The notes under the pieces are model-generated. The model did not search any database and had not been told where the DNA came from. It was given only the letters and a program-made list of their open reading frames with translations. Made by a program: the position numbers and the translations under genes. A stretch of DNA of 64,000 bases from Amoebophrya sp. A120 (lineage: Eukaryota > Protista > Dinoflagellata): the NCBI GenBank assembly GCA_905178155.1, contig CAJINV010000003.1, positions 7,336,601 through 7,400,600 on the forward strand, in the 5' to 3' direction. This document shows positions 48,301 to 59,000 of the stretch, piece by piece (position 1 is the first letter of the stretch; each line of letters opens with the position of its first letter).

Positions 48301-51300
48301 GCAGTGGCCGACGCGTCGCCGCCGTGCTCCTGCGCCGCTTTGTTGTACTTGTACTCCGACTCGTCCTGCTCCATAATGGCCTGCTCCAACTTGAGAAATT
48401 GCCGCTCCAGGAACTTGGGACCGGCGGTGCGGGGACCCAGCAGGCCCATGACGATGCAAACAGGCGTGTACGCAAAGTAGAAACTCCCCACATAGACCAT
48501 CAGCAGGTACACAGAAATCACCAGGTAGAACTCGAAATCGCCGGAGAAGAAAATCTTCTCAAAGCCCAGCTGTACCGGAGCCAGCAGCAAACGCAAAAAG
48601 AAGCTAACCAGGTCCCCGACGGTTGTGCGGCGTTCCGCTGCCTCGTCCTCCTCCTCCTCGTCCCCAGACCAGAGGTCCTCTTGTGACGACGCAGATGTGG
48701 AGCAAGTGAGACTGCGCGGCAGAGGCAGCTGCATCACCAGGTCCTCGCCGGCACTATCGGAGGACAGATCCACGGTCTTGTCCTCCGCACCAAGCAGCTT
48801 CTCATGGTCGCAGCTGCCGTTTGAAGAGGAACGGGCCAGCGGGACCACATCGCTGTCGGCTTCAAAATCCGAACAGTCTCCCGAGCTTGCAGAACTGGTC
48901 GCGATGGATACGTCGGAGGCCGGCTTCTTCAACAAGCTCGCAGGATTGATGTGTTTCATCTTCGAGGTGGAGTCCTCTGCGGCGTCGACGTCCCTCGCGG
49001 CACCGAAAGCCGCACCACGCCGTTGCTTTCGGCTGATGTTGGCAAAGGCCGGACTCAGGTCGCCAAGGACCTCCAGTCCGCGGATGGTGCACGAAGGAGC
49101 TGCATGGCCGTGCGCACTGGCCCGAAGAAACTGGTCCGCTGACAGATCCACGACCTGCTGCTCCTGCTCGACGAGGAAATTGTTGTAGCAGGATTCCAGA
49201 TCCTTCTCCACAGCGCGCATCCAATTCTTCACACGGTACATGGGAATTTGGGCCAAGCGGTTTTTGGCGAATGGCAGCCCATGATGCAACGCGCTACGAT
49301 TGCCGCTGCCTGCCGGTGAAGTGGTGCCACTTCTCAGCAGGTTTCGCGACTGCCCCCCGAGAAGATCCGTGGCGCGCGGGCGCGTCGCCTTCTCGAGCAC
49401 CCTGGCCCATTTCTGCAGCTTCTTGGTGAGCCCGGGAGCGAGCTTGTCCACCGAAGCGGTCCGCGACAGGTGGTGCTCCTCCTCTTCGTCCGAAGAAGAG
49501 GAAGAACTCGTCCCGCTGGCGCTGTGCGAGAAGCCGGCGCGTTTCTTCTCGGCGCGAGACCACTGGTTCAGCCGCATCAACACCAGCGGAACTACGAAGT
49601 AATTCATTGAGAACAGCACCGTCTCCCAAGTTGGGAGCACGAACAGACAGGAGAGCAGATGAGGCTCACCGGCGACGGCGTGACGATGCAGCAACCCCAT
49701 GGCCGCGACGGTGCCAATGCAGGTCAGTGCGAAGACGTTGCGCCGCTCCAGCAGTGCGCCCAGGATCCGGTTCTGCAGCGAGCTCGGGGAAAACACGTTC
49801 TGGGCGCAGTCTCCCCGCACGCAGTCTATTCCCGCGAAGGCCACGCAGGAGAGAAAGACGCCGCACAGGATCCCGACGGGAGAAGAGAAGGACGTCGTGA
49901 ATAAAAAGCCCAACACCAGCAACAAAAACGCCTTCATCAGTGTGCTCGTGGACTGCCGGAAAGACGCCTCGGTGTGCACACTTTTGCTCAGTTTGGTCGA
50001 CGTCGTCAAGGAGCGCTCCGCCGAACAAAGCTGCGTCTCGCCACAGTCACTCTCTTCTACTTCGACGGGAACTCCCGTACTATCGTTCGGCTTTCCAAAA
50101 ATCTTTCCACTTGTTCCCGTTGTGACAGGTGTTGTGGTCGAGGTGGAAAACATGTGCAGCCGACACATGTTCCGCTGCACGTTCTCCTTCAACAGGCGGA
50201 AGCAGATCGACACACAGTCTTTCAAATTGTCCTCCGCAAATCGAATCTGGTGCTCGCCGCACACCTCTTTCACCAGCGAGGTCATCTGGCGCAGGTTGCA
50301 CCGCGGCATCAAAGGAAACAGGTGGTGCTCAAACTGCGTGTTCAGGCCGCCCGTGAGCCAAAACCACGCGTCCTCCTCCACTTTCGTCCGCGAAAAGGAG
50401 CGAATGTTGCGCACCGTCCGCGCAGTTTCCTCCAGCAATCCAATGCGCCGAATCTTGAGAAACTCGGAAGCTGGAGGTTCTTCTTGCGGTGCCTCTTGCT
50501 CGCCTACTTGTTCCTCGTTGCTTTCTTTTCTGAGACCGTGCGCAGTAGACGAGTTGCAGTTGCTCGTCGCGGTCCTCTTCACGAGAAAGGTCTCGAAATC
50601 CTCCACCGAGAGACGTTCCTCGCCATAGTGCGACGCAAATACAACGACGCCGCTCGCAAGTCCGGAGAGGTAGTAAGCCCCCGCCAGCCCGGCAAAGGTG
50701 AAGAGGGTGCAGCCGCAGCAGTAAAAAATCGGCGCCACGATGCACGCATAGTGGAGCAGCAACGCCAACACGTCCCACCGCGCGTGCGCCCGAGTTACCT
50801 TGTTCTTCGAGCTCCAGTGGTGGGTGGAAGCGATCCACGACTCCACGTGCCAAAACAACAGGGGGACCAGCCCCACCAGTGGGAGGAAATACAGGTGCTG
50901 CAGTTTCGTCACCAGACCAGGCGTGAAATCCTCGAAGAAGTGGAGCACCGGCGAGAGCTTGATGTCCGGGTCGTTGTCGATCTCATTGGTGACCGCTATG
51001 GTGATGCCAAACGTGTTTCTGTGGACATCTGTTGCATGATCTTTTGTCAATTCGTAACGCAAGAACACAAAGGTCGGAGCGTGCTGTGTGTGAGTGTACG
51101 ATTCTTGCGTTACAAATTTGGCACGGGTTTCGTTGCTGTTCAGTGCATCGCAAACTTGTCCTGCAAAGTAGCTATCAATCTATGTTGACTATGACTAGGC
51201 GACGGCCGACCCAATGAATGGAGCTTCATCTGGTGCATGAACAAACCAAGAAAATAAAAACATATTTAGATATATAAGATGTCGATCTCCACACAACGTT

Positions 51301-54008
51301 CGAGAAAGCCATAACCGCATGGTGGGTGTTGTGCCGCAGCTTCCAGGACAGCACGCTGGTTGGGCGCACGATGGTCAACGCCCAGGCCATCCAGTCATTG
51401 ACCCTACAGAACTGGGTGGTGCTCTTCACCAGCATGGTGTGGTGCGACCAGTCGTGCCCAAGCCACCCGAGCTGGTACCAGCCAAAGGCCATCGACAACA
51501 GTCCGCCGAAAAACCGCGGCTCCGCCCCGCCCGCGGACGCACACACGAAGTACATGCCCACAAAGACGAAGCCGAAGCTGTAGAAGGCCTTCCACATCTC
51601 CGAGCCAACCTGGGCCCGGAACAGCCCGCGTTTCTGGGCAGTTTCCCAGAGCTGTTCGTACAGACTAGGTTCGTGCGGGATCTTGGCGAGCTCCGGTTCG
51701 GGAGAGGACACTTTCGCCATGGTCTCAATGAGGCGCCGGGCTTGGTCCGAGTGCATTGCCAGCATCACGTCGGTTGCATCCCGCAGGTGAAAAATCCGCA
51801 GTACCTTCACCCCGCCCGGGTGCTTCCTCTGCCATTCTTCTGTGATGCGGATGGGCTGACCCTTGTAGTAGATCACGAGGTCCTTGCCTTTGATGCTCGA
51901 GTCCTTTTTCTCCGCGACCTCCTGCGTCGCGACAGAAGAACCTGTGCAGCTGGCGTTGCCCTTGTTGTTCATCGTGGTCTGCGACTGCAGCTCCAAGGGT
52001 CCGTTGCCGTTTTTACCCAACAGCGCGGCTCCGTGTTGTTCGTCCTTGCCTTTTTGTTTGTGCTGGTTCGCTTTCTTCTTCAGCAAGTAGGTCTGCCGGT
52101 AGAAGTTGATAAACATGGTCAGGTTCATGAGCACGTAGCCGTAGTTGAACAGGAAAGCGGTCCGCTTCGCGTCGTCTTCCCAGAATCCCGGCACGAACAG
52201 GTACGGCAACACGACACACAACCCAGACACAAACTGCAACAACTGGAGTTTGTTGTGGCATAGTTTTATTCAAAATCTTTTTGCGCATATTGAAGAGACG
52301 CATGATGTACACATCTTCGTTCATATACTTTTACTCACATACTCATAAATATACTTCTTTCGAAAAGCGTGGTACCTGCAAGTTGGTAATCATCTGCTTC
52401 CAGGGAAACGGCCACTTCATGATGCAGCACGCGTAGTAGTAGTACATGACGGTGTGGATGAATCCGTTGAAGACTACGTAGATCCACGTGCGTTTATCCA
52501 GAACAAATTTCGAGTCAAGTCACAGAAAGCAAAATAATGAAAAATACAACTGCTGCAAATCGAGTTTTCCCCTGTTCGTGCGATTGCTCGAGGCCATATC
52601 TCCTTCGTTGTGTAAGAATCGAAGAAGTTCACATTTTGCATTCGCTATCAATATTATCAACGCCGTACCGCTCCTTTCAACATGCAAAACGACCGAGAGC
52701 GGACGAGTAAATGGGCAGAGCCAGAAGAGTAGGTCGCAAGCATCTTTTGCGACTTCTGTAGCAGGTACAAGAATATGATCACTTTTGACGCAAGATTTGG
52801 TGGTTGGATAGCCCTCAACCTGGTTGTTGTGCCAGACTCCAACGTCCAATGGCGCGCCGATGTGGTGCAGGAACTGCAGCCAGATCACGGGGCGGTTGCA
52901 GAGAATCAGGAAGTAGGTGTCCAGGTATTCGAAATACTTGGAGAGGTAAAAGTAGTTGGAAATCCGCGCGTACGTTTCTGATTCGTAGTGCCCCAGCCCG
53001 TAAACGCCGGCCGGAAGCTCCGTGCACATGGCGTAGACCATCACCACACAGGCGTACAAGGAAAAGGCAGCCATGGCGAGGTTGTACACGCACATGATCA
53101 TCTTGCACTATGCGGATCAACAACTACCCCTCCATCTTTTACAAGTGTCATTCTTGTTCCAAAGGACATTGAAATTAAAAATTCTGATGCTGCATGACCA
53201 CTAGCCGCAGTCCTTCAACGCCGGACTGTGTCGATCACAGCACATCTTCGTACGACTACTGCCTCTTTTTATCTTTTCCCGCAAGACCACGAGCGATACA
53301 TATTTACCAGTACCTCTCGTTCCAGTCAGTGCTTTCGTTACAACTGTAGCGCCAGTCTCCTTTCATTATGACACGGCGAGGATGGAGGGCGTTCTTTTCG
53401 ATTTGGGTAAGCAAAACTTCTTGTTCTTTTCGTACACGTCGGTCGTCTGCACAAACCGCCGAAACAGCTATCAAAGGAAGAAAATGAACTGTCCGTTAGG
53501 GTTAGGTCAAAATAAAAATTTGCTGACAGGAGCGTAACAGTTAGTGCAATGCATAGCCCAGCTATCTTCAAAGTGTGGTGCAGTATACTCGGAGAAAAAT
53601 TTGGGATTCAACCACCGGTCCTTGTCAAGTGCCCGGATGAAAAGCGACACTGCACAACTTATTTTGTCTCGCTTTCTATTCTTTGGACATGCTTCTTGAT
53701 TCAGGCACTGGAAGTCAACGACATGCCTGACCACGAGCCTAGTGAGAGTAGGGCTCAATACCGCACGCTCACACTTTCGGCTTCACTTCATGACATTTCA
53801 TCAGTGCATTTGATAGCAGCGGCTGTCCCACAATGTAGGGAATCGTGAGCAAGTACAAAGGGTCGAGAAAGTGCTGCACAACCGCAGTTTCCTGCAAGGA
53901 ACTCAGGAACCCAGCGTCCTCGATTTTCATCTTCGCACCGTCCAACTGCACAGTGGACGGATTCGCGATAATCTCCGACACCAGGTCGGAAACCGATGAA
54001 GAAGCCAT
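43481..54008 (-). CDS. Multifunctional PUFA biosynthesis fusion protein (~2,847 aa): ELO elongase + b5/delta-8-like + degenerate desaturase + delta-9 + delta-12 + b5/delta-5-like desaturase
   Basis: Predicted exons: 54008-53775, 53107-52811, 52489-52376, 52242-51316, 50993-44352, 44101-43967, 43675-43481 (8,544 nt, all in frame). Most junctions rebuild conserved motifs (EG|TWIYVVFNGFIHTVMYYYY; NLQ|LLQF; HNTHHA|VTNEIDNDPDI; NF|xVSHTH; LNFQ|IEHHL). Confidence 0.9.
45800..46920 (-). other. Domain: delta-12 (FAD2/omega-6-type) desaturase
   Basis: AAIPARLKKRS; GVWVVGHECGHGAFS; WQFTHAKHHKYTNH; WLVLYTWLQHTD; LRGALCTIDRPY; HVMHHL. Confidence 0.9.
47290..48260 (-). other. Domain: acyl-CoA delta-9 (SCD/OLE1-type) desaturase
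   Basis: GLGITAGAHRLWAHKSY; WARDHRTHHLHSDTGSDPHDSNRGWFYSHMGW; TWAVNSIVH; GEGWHSWHHAFAFDY. Confidence 0.93.
49180..49970 (-). other. Domain: degenerate methyl-end (FAD2/FAD3-like) desaturase relic lacking intact His boxes
   Basis: GIDCVRGDCAQNVFSPSSLQNRILG aligns by eye with GVWVVGHECGHGAFSESSLLNDVVG. ALHH...QIPMYRVKNWMRAVEKDLESCY aligns with VMHH..KIPHYHAAEATECVKPLLGSLY. Confidence 0.6.
50170..51880 (-). other. Domain: cytochrome b5 + front-end desaturase, delta-8-like
   Basis: WQRKHPGG...RDATDVMLAMHS; QLGWLGHDWSHH; WKLRHNTHHAVTNEIDNDPDI; VVFASHY; GGLNTQFEHHLFP. Confidence 0.8.
50997..51313. mobile_element. Introner-like non-canonical intron, duplication GCGGT, TATGG...CCATA ends
   Basis: GCGGT occurs at both junctions. 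No register gives GT and AG together. Excision rebuilds the second His-box region. Confidence 0.75.
52080..54008 (-). other. Domain: ELO/GNS1-SUR4 elongase, delta-9-elongase type
   Basis: FYLSKYFEYLDTYFL; WLQFLHHIGAPLD (Q-x-x-HH variant characteristic of delta-9 elongases such as Isochrysis ASE1); NGFIHTVMYYYY; FNYGYV. Confidence 0.88.
52495..52810. mobile_element. Decayed introner-like non-canonical intron (TATCCA...TGGATA)
   Basis: 6-bp terminal inverted repeat. Duplication is AGGGC/AACGC. Removing the element plus 5 bp gives QVEG|TWIY. Confidence 0.65.
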
Positions 54009-56024
54009 GACTCGCGCTGACTTTTCTGCTCTAGCAGTTAGCAGGAGAGCAATCTTCTATTGCAGTGCTGGCTGCTTTATGAACTTGTGCCGAGTACAAC
54101 AACTGTGCGGGGAGACACAGTTTACTGCTGCCCTCTTTACGCCTATTAAGCACAAAATGAAAGATATTTAGCGACTCATCGATGGTAGAAGTGATAAGCG
54201 GCCTTTGTTCCAGAAAGGAAAGCTGAAGCAGAAAGGAGAGCTGAAGCAGATTCGCTTTTTGATTTTCACGACATGTCACTCGCTCCGTCCGTTTTTCAAC
54301 AATTTGGGCCTAATATTGATCATTTAGATTCCTTTTTGGCTTTGTTACAAGATCAGCAGCGGATTCTGGTTTGATAAATACTACATCGCCATCGTGCTGC
54401 GCAGTTAGAAATACTGCACACACTTCGCTAGTGTTCACTACAACTCTATCAATTTTGCGTGTACCCTGGTGTCGAAGTGCGAGTGCTACACACTTCGTGA
54501 ACAGTTCTTGATACCTCGACAAGGTTCGGTTGGACCAGCATCGCAGCGAGCTTGAGCAAAAATGTGATAAATATCGTTCTGTGAACATAAACAAAAACCA
54601 CCTCGGACGATATACTTTTAATCCACTTTGGCACTACTTCTAGCTCTACCGCGGGTACAAGGCCTATATATGAAAATTGGTTCATTATCCTTTGCTACAT
54701 GGTAAGGCCGGATCCGGATGTAAGCGAAACTACAAGGAGCCTCGCTGTACGTCAGGACGCGGGCGACATAAAAAAGATTGTGCAATTCCCGTGTTGCCAT
54801 GAATCACGCTAGGCCGCGCATTTGCTCTTTACCGAGTCCACCGAGACTTCCAAGCAATACATCTTGGATGTGCAGCAGCAGCACGACGTGTGCAAGACTT
54901 TGCATTCACACGCACCTGGTTCCACGCGGGCGTCCGCGTGGCATGGATATGGAACGAGTGGCGGCACACGACAGCGGAGCCTCTTACCTCAACCCGCGAC
55001 GCACAGCCTGGAACTCCTTCGCTGTGGTTCTAGTCCGCGAATCACGTTCAATTGCTTTATCTTCAAGGTGTGACATGGGTCTACGCAGCGGCATGACAAT
55101 GGAAATGGCTTTATTGGCAATACTATTCTATGAAAATTCGAATTCCTTTGGCTGATTTCCAAAAAATGCATGCCATCACTGTAGCCGTTCTGCGAGCCGT
55201 GAGCCCAGCCTATACCGACCGCGCGGCTGTCACAACAGATTACGCGTCAAGGCCTAGAAACGTCAGATATATCTTTATTTACATACTTACTTGAATCAAG
55301 CTTCGTTTTTCTTGGAAATCCGTGGTTGGCGCGCAGTTTCAGTTTCAATGAGCAGCATTATTACAAAAAAAAACTTCGATTGATAAGCCTTCCAAATACA
55401 AGAAAGCACTGCGATTATTCGTAGCATACGTAGATAAAAACGAGAATTCGCGAAAGGAACAAATGGACGTTTGGTTGACGTCAGCGTGACACTCAAAATT
55501 CAACTTAACAGAAATAGACCAAGTAGACCTACAAGAGCGCGACGGTACGTACCTAAATTTCATCTGACCTGCTAAGTTAGAAGTAGTACAGCAGCGATCG
55601 CCAGTGCGACAACTGGTGGCTTGAGGGTGTGTCACAATTTTCCGCCAGCAATCTCAGATCGATAGTTCAAAAAAACACTTTTTTGTTCGCAACTACAGAA
55701 TGCGATGGTGTGCGAGCACGTGTGATTATTTTAAATCGTTTCGGTAAGTACAGCTAGGAATTGAAAGGATGCCTTGTAGTTATCTAATCAGTTGCAAAAG
55801 CAAATTTCTCAACAGCCCCTCGAGCAGGTCATTATGTATAAAAATATTGAATTATACGCAAACTTGTTTCTTGTGCTTCGAGGAAATAATTCGAATTTCC
55901 TCAATCCGAATTTTACCATTATCATACTCGACGGAAACAGAGTGAGAAAGTAGAAGTCACCTGCGTGCACCAAAATTATATTGTTACCGTCTAAACATCA
56001 ACGAACTAGGACAAAGGTCTATAC

Positions 56025-59000
56025 CTACGGGCTCGGAGCTGGAGAAGGAGCGGGGGTGTCGCTCTTATCCTTGTTTTTTCTCCAACATTCCATCCCCTCT
56101 ATACCGCCATCGTAGGCGGAATGGACCTGTATCATCGGCACATCCTGAGGAGCCCCTCCCTCTTTGTCTTGTGGTATGTGCCTCGAAATTACGTGGTAGT
56201 TGATAAGGTTATAGGGGTGTACAAGAATGTATTCACGGTCGGGACGGGTATCCTCGGGGCCAATGACGGTCGGCCCCTTAGTCTCGTCGATATGCACGCC
56301 AAGAAGCTTGCACGTCGGACCCTTATGGAAGTTTCAGCATCGAAATCGACAAAATCGAAAAACTTGTGATGCATAAAATCGATACCAGTCGGAGCCTAAT
56401 TTTGCAAGTGGCGCATGACAAATTTCGGGAGCACCCAAATCCAGTCTGTCATGCTGTTTGGGCAAAGTAAGAAGACTGCTCCCGTCATGCTACTCTGGCA
56501 GCACATTGCATACCCCTACACAGGCTTACAATCGGTCTCATTTGCCTGCTCCCCAATACAGGCCTCCGGTGCCCTACATCTTACGCGTCGCAAATTTTTC
56601 GATTTTGTCGATTTCGATCCTGACACATCCATAACCCTGCGCAGTGACGTAGTATTTCTCGAAGCCGAGGCAGTCCGCTATGGGATTCTCAGCCGTTACA
56701 TTCTCAGCTGTTACATGATTTGTCATGTTGGGAGACTAAGGGCAGGGCGTCCCTGTTTAAACCACAAGACTACAAACTTAAACCGTTGTCGTCGTCGTAG
56801 GCAGCCGTGCGCGCACGAATGCGGGCGGAATAGTGACGACCAGAAGGGTCAGGAGACTCACCTTTTGCGAAGGAAGAAAGACTGCTGAACCCGCACGCAA
56901 AGCTTCGGCGGGCCGACACAAGTGCCGGTCTTGTAATGTAGAGCAATCGAAAATCCGACGTCCTTATGTTCGCTGTTGTTAAGCTCCTGCCGGTGATCGC
57001 AGCACCTGGAGCCCGCACGAACTGAAAGAGTAGCGCGCAGCTAAGGACTAACTAGACTCGAACGCCTCTGGCCACCACAAGCGGTGACCGTTTAAATAAT
57101 TACTCCCCGAGCGGGTAAACTCTAAGATAGAAACTTGATTTGTCATGCAAAATTACCATGAGCCAGCAGACGATCTCGATCAAGCTACCTTGCATGACAA
57201 ATCCCCGATGGGCTAAACAGCGCCTAAATCTGTGCCGAATTTGTGATGCGAGAGTTGCGAGCTTGCTCCTTTCACTGTTGCGGCTCTTGCGTCACAAACT
57301 CATCCCATGTAACAGTTGAGAGTGTAACGTTTGAGAACACCATATCCGCAAACTCGTCGCACAAAGCCCCGCATTGCTGCCACGTGGGCGCGTTCGACAA
57401 TTCTATCTCTTCCGACTCGAGATAAAAGGTTGTCACGGCCCAAGGCCGGTAGCCCCCACTCGCTGCCACGCAAAGACCGTCCCCCAAGTTCTCGTAAGCC
57501 TTCTCGACAAGCACGCACTCGTGGTAGCCCATTGCTGTGAACTCCTCGAGGGCAACGTGATGACACTCGACTGGGTCCTCCGCATAATTTTTCATGCAGC
57601 AAGCGCCCTTGTGGTGGTGCGCTTCGCTCGCCAGCCCGTCGCAGCTCGTGCAAAAACCGGGCTCGCAGTGACTGCTGCAGTCCCGTTGCCGGGGCCCACA
57701 GCCATCGCACACCGGTGCTCCAAAATCGGGCGTCGCAATCACGGGCACCGCATTCGGATCATTTTCGAACAGCCAGAAACCGCAGAAACCGAGCGCATAC
57801 CCTTTCTTCTCAATCCTTATCGAAGATATTTCTTGGTCGACTGCAATCCAGGTTCCGAATATTGAAAGTGAAGTTGGGAGCACGATGTCCGGCTGCGTCT
57901 GCGAGTTTTCGTTGAGATAAACGTCTGCGCCTTCAACTCCATCTTCGGATATATTATCCTCTATATCGCGTTTGAAGATAACAAATCCTGTCACGTTGCG
58001 TGGTTGGTCCAGCTTAATTTTCCACCAGTGCAGCGTATTTTCCTCATACTTCGAAAAAAAGCACTCTTCGCAAAGGTTTTCTTTTTTGCACTCGCTTTTC
58101 TTGAAAGTGCCTCCTCTAAGATCGTCCAGAAACAGATGTCTGTTAGGAAACTTGTGGTTAAACACGCTTTCAGGCAGCCAGTTGGCCCAGGTGAAAGTGG
58201 TTGGATATGTACTTGAAGCCGTCGCATTAAACTTATTCGCTACTGGATCAAGAAACCGACCCGTAATTTCCTCCGGAGCATATATGTTTGTCGTACCCGC
58301 ACGCCCCAGCTTCCGCTTCTGCAACAAGCTACTCGCCTCGCGGTCCCATACGGGGGTTCGCGCACCTCGGTCGTCCGGATCCTGCTGTCCCGCTTCTGCT
58401 GGCATGTCCTCCAGATGAAAAGGATCAACACGCTTAGTTGTAGAAGATGACCCCGTGTCGTGGGCCTTTTCACGTGACCGGGCCACTGGGCCATGCCCCG
58501 TGGCAGCACGGGCGAGGGGCTGTAGTTGCAGCAACAGCGACTCGTCTCCGGTTGTTTGCTTCTCCTCTGCGTTGTCTGGGAGCACCTGAACCGGAATCAC
58601 ACACACGTGGTAGTCCGTCACTCCAAAAAATTCGTTTGCAGCCACACTTGCGCACTCCCGGCTAGTGGACGTATCCTTTTGGCAGCAAGCGCCGAAGCTC
58701 GTTCCGTCCTTCGAATCGCACGCACTGCACCAGCCACCACCCTTTGTGATGTCGCACACATGGGCACACTCCATCTGCCTCGGCCCCAGCCTGCTGTCGT
58801 CCTTGATGAGATCCTTGGTTTCCCTTCCCGGCATTTTCTCCGGCGTGTACAGCACGCACTGGTGGTAGTCGTAGTAGACCCCCGGGTCTCGGGGTGGGTT
58901 CATGTTGTTTTGCCGGCGAATCTCCCCAGGTGTATTCATGCCGAAGTGACTGAAGGGAATCTGTTTGCATTCCGGCGGATCAGTGGCGCGGTTCGCATAG

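Noticed and set aside
44724-52263. Long plus-strand ORFs antisense to the PUFA fusion
   Set aside because: Expected antisense shadows of GC3-rich coding sequence, with no recognisable motifs.
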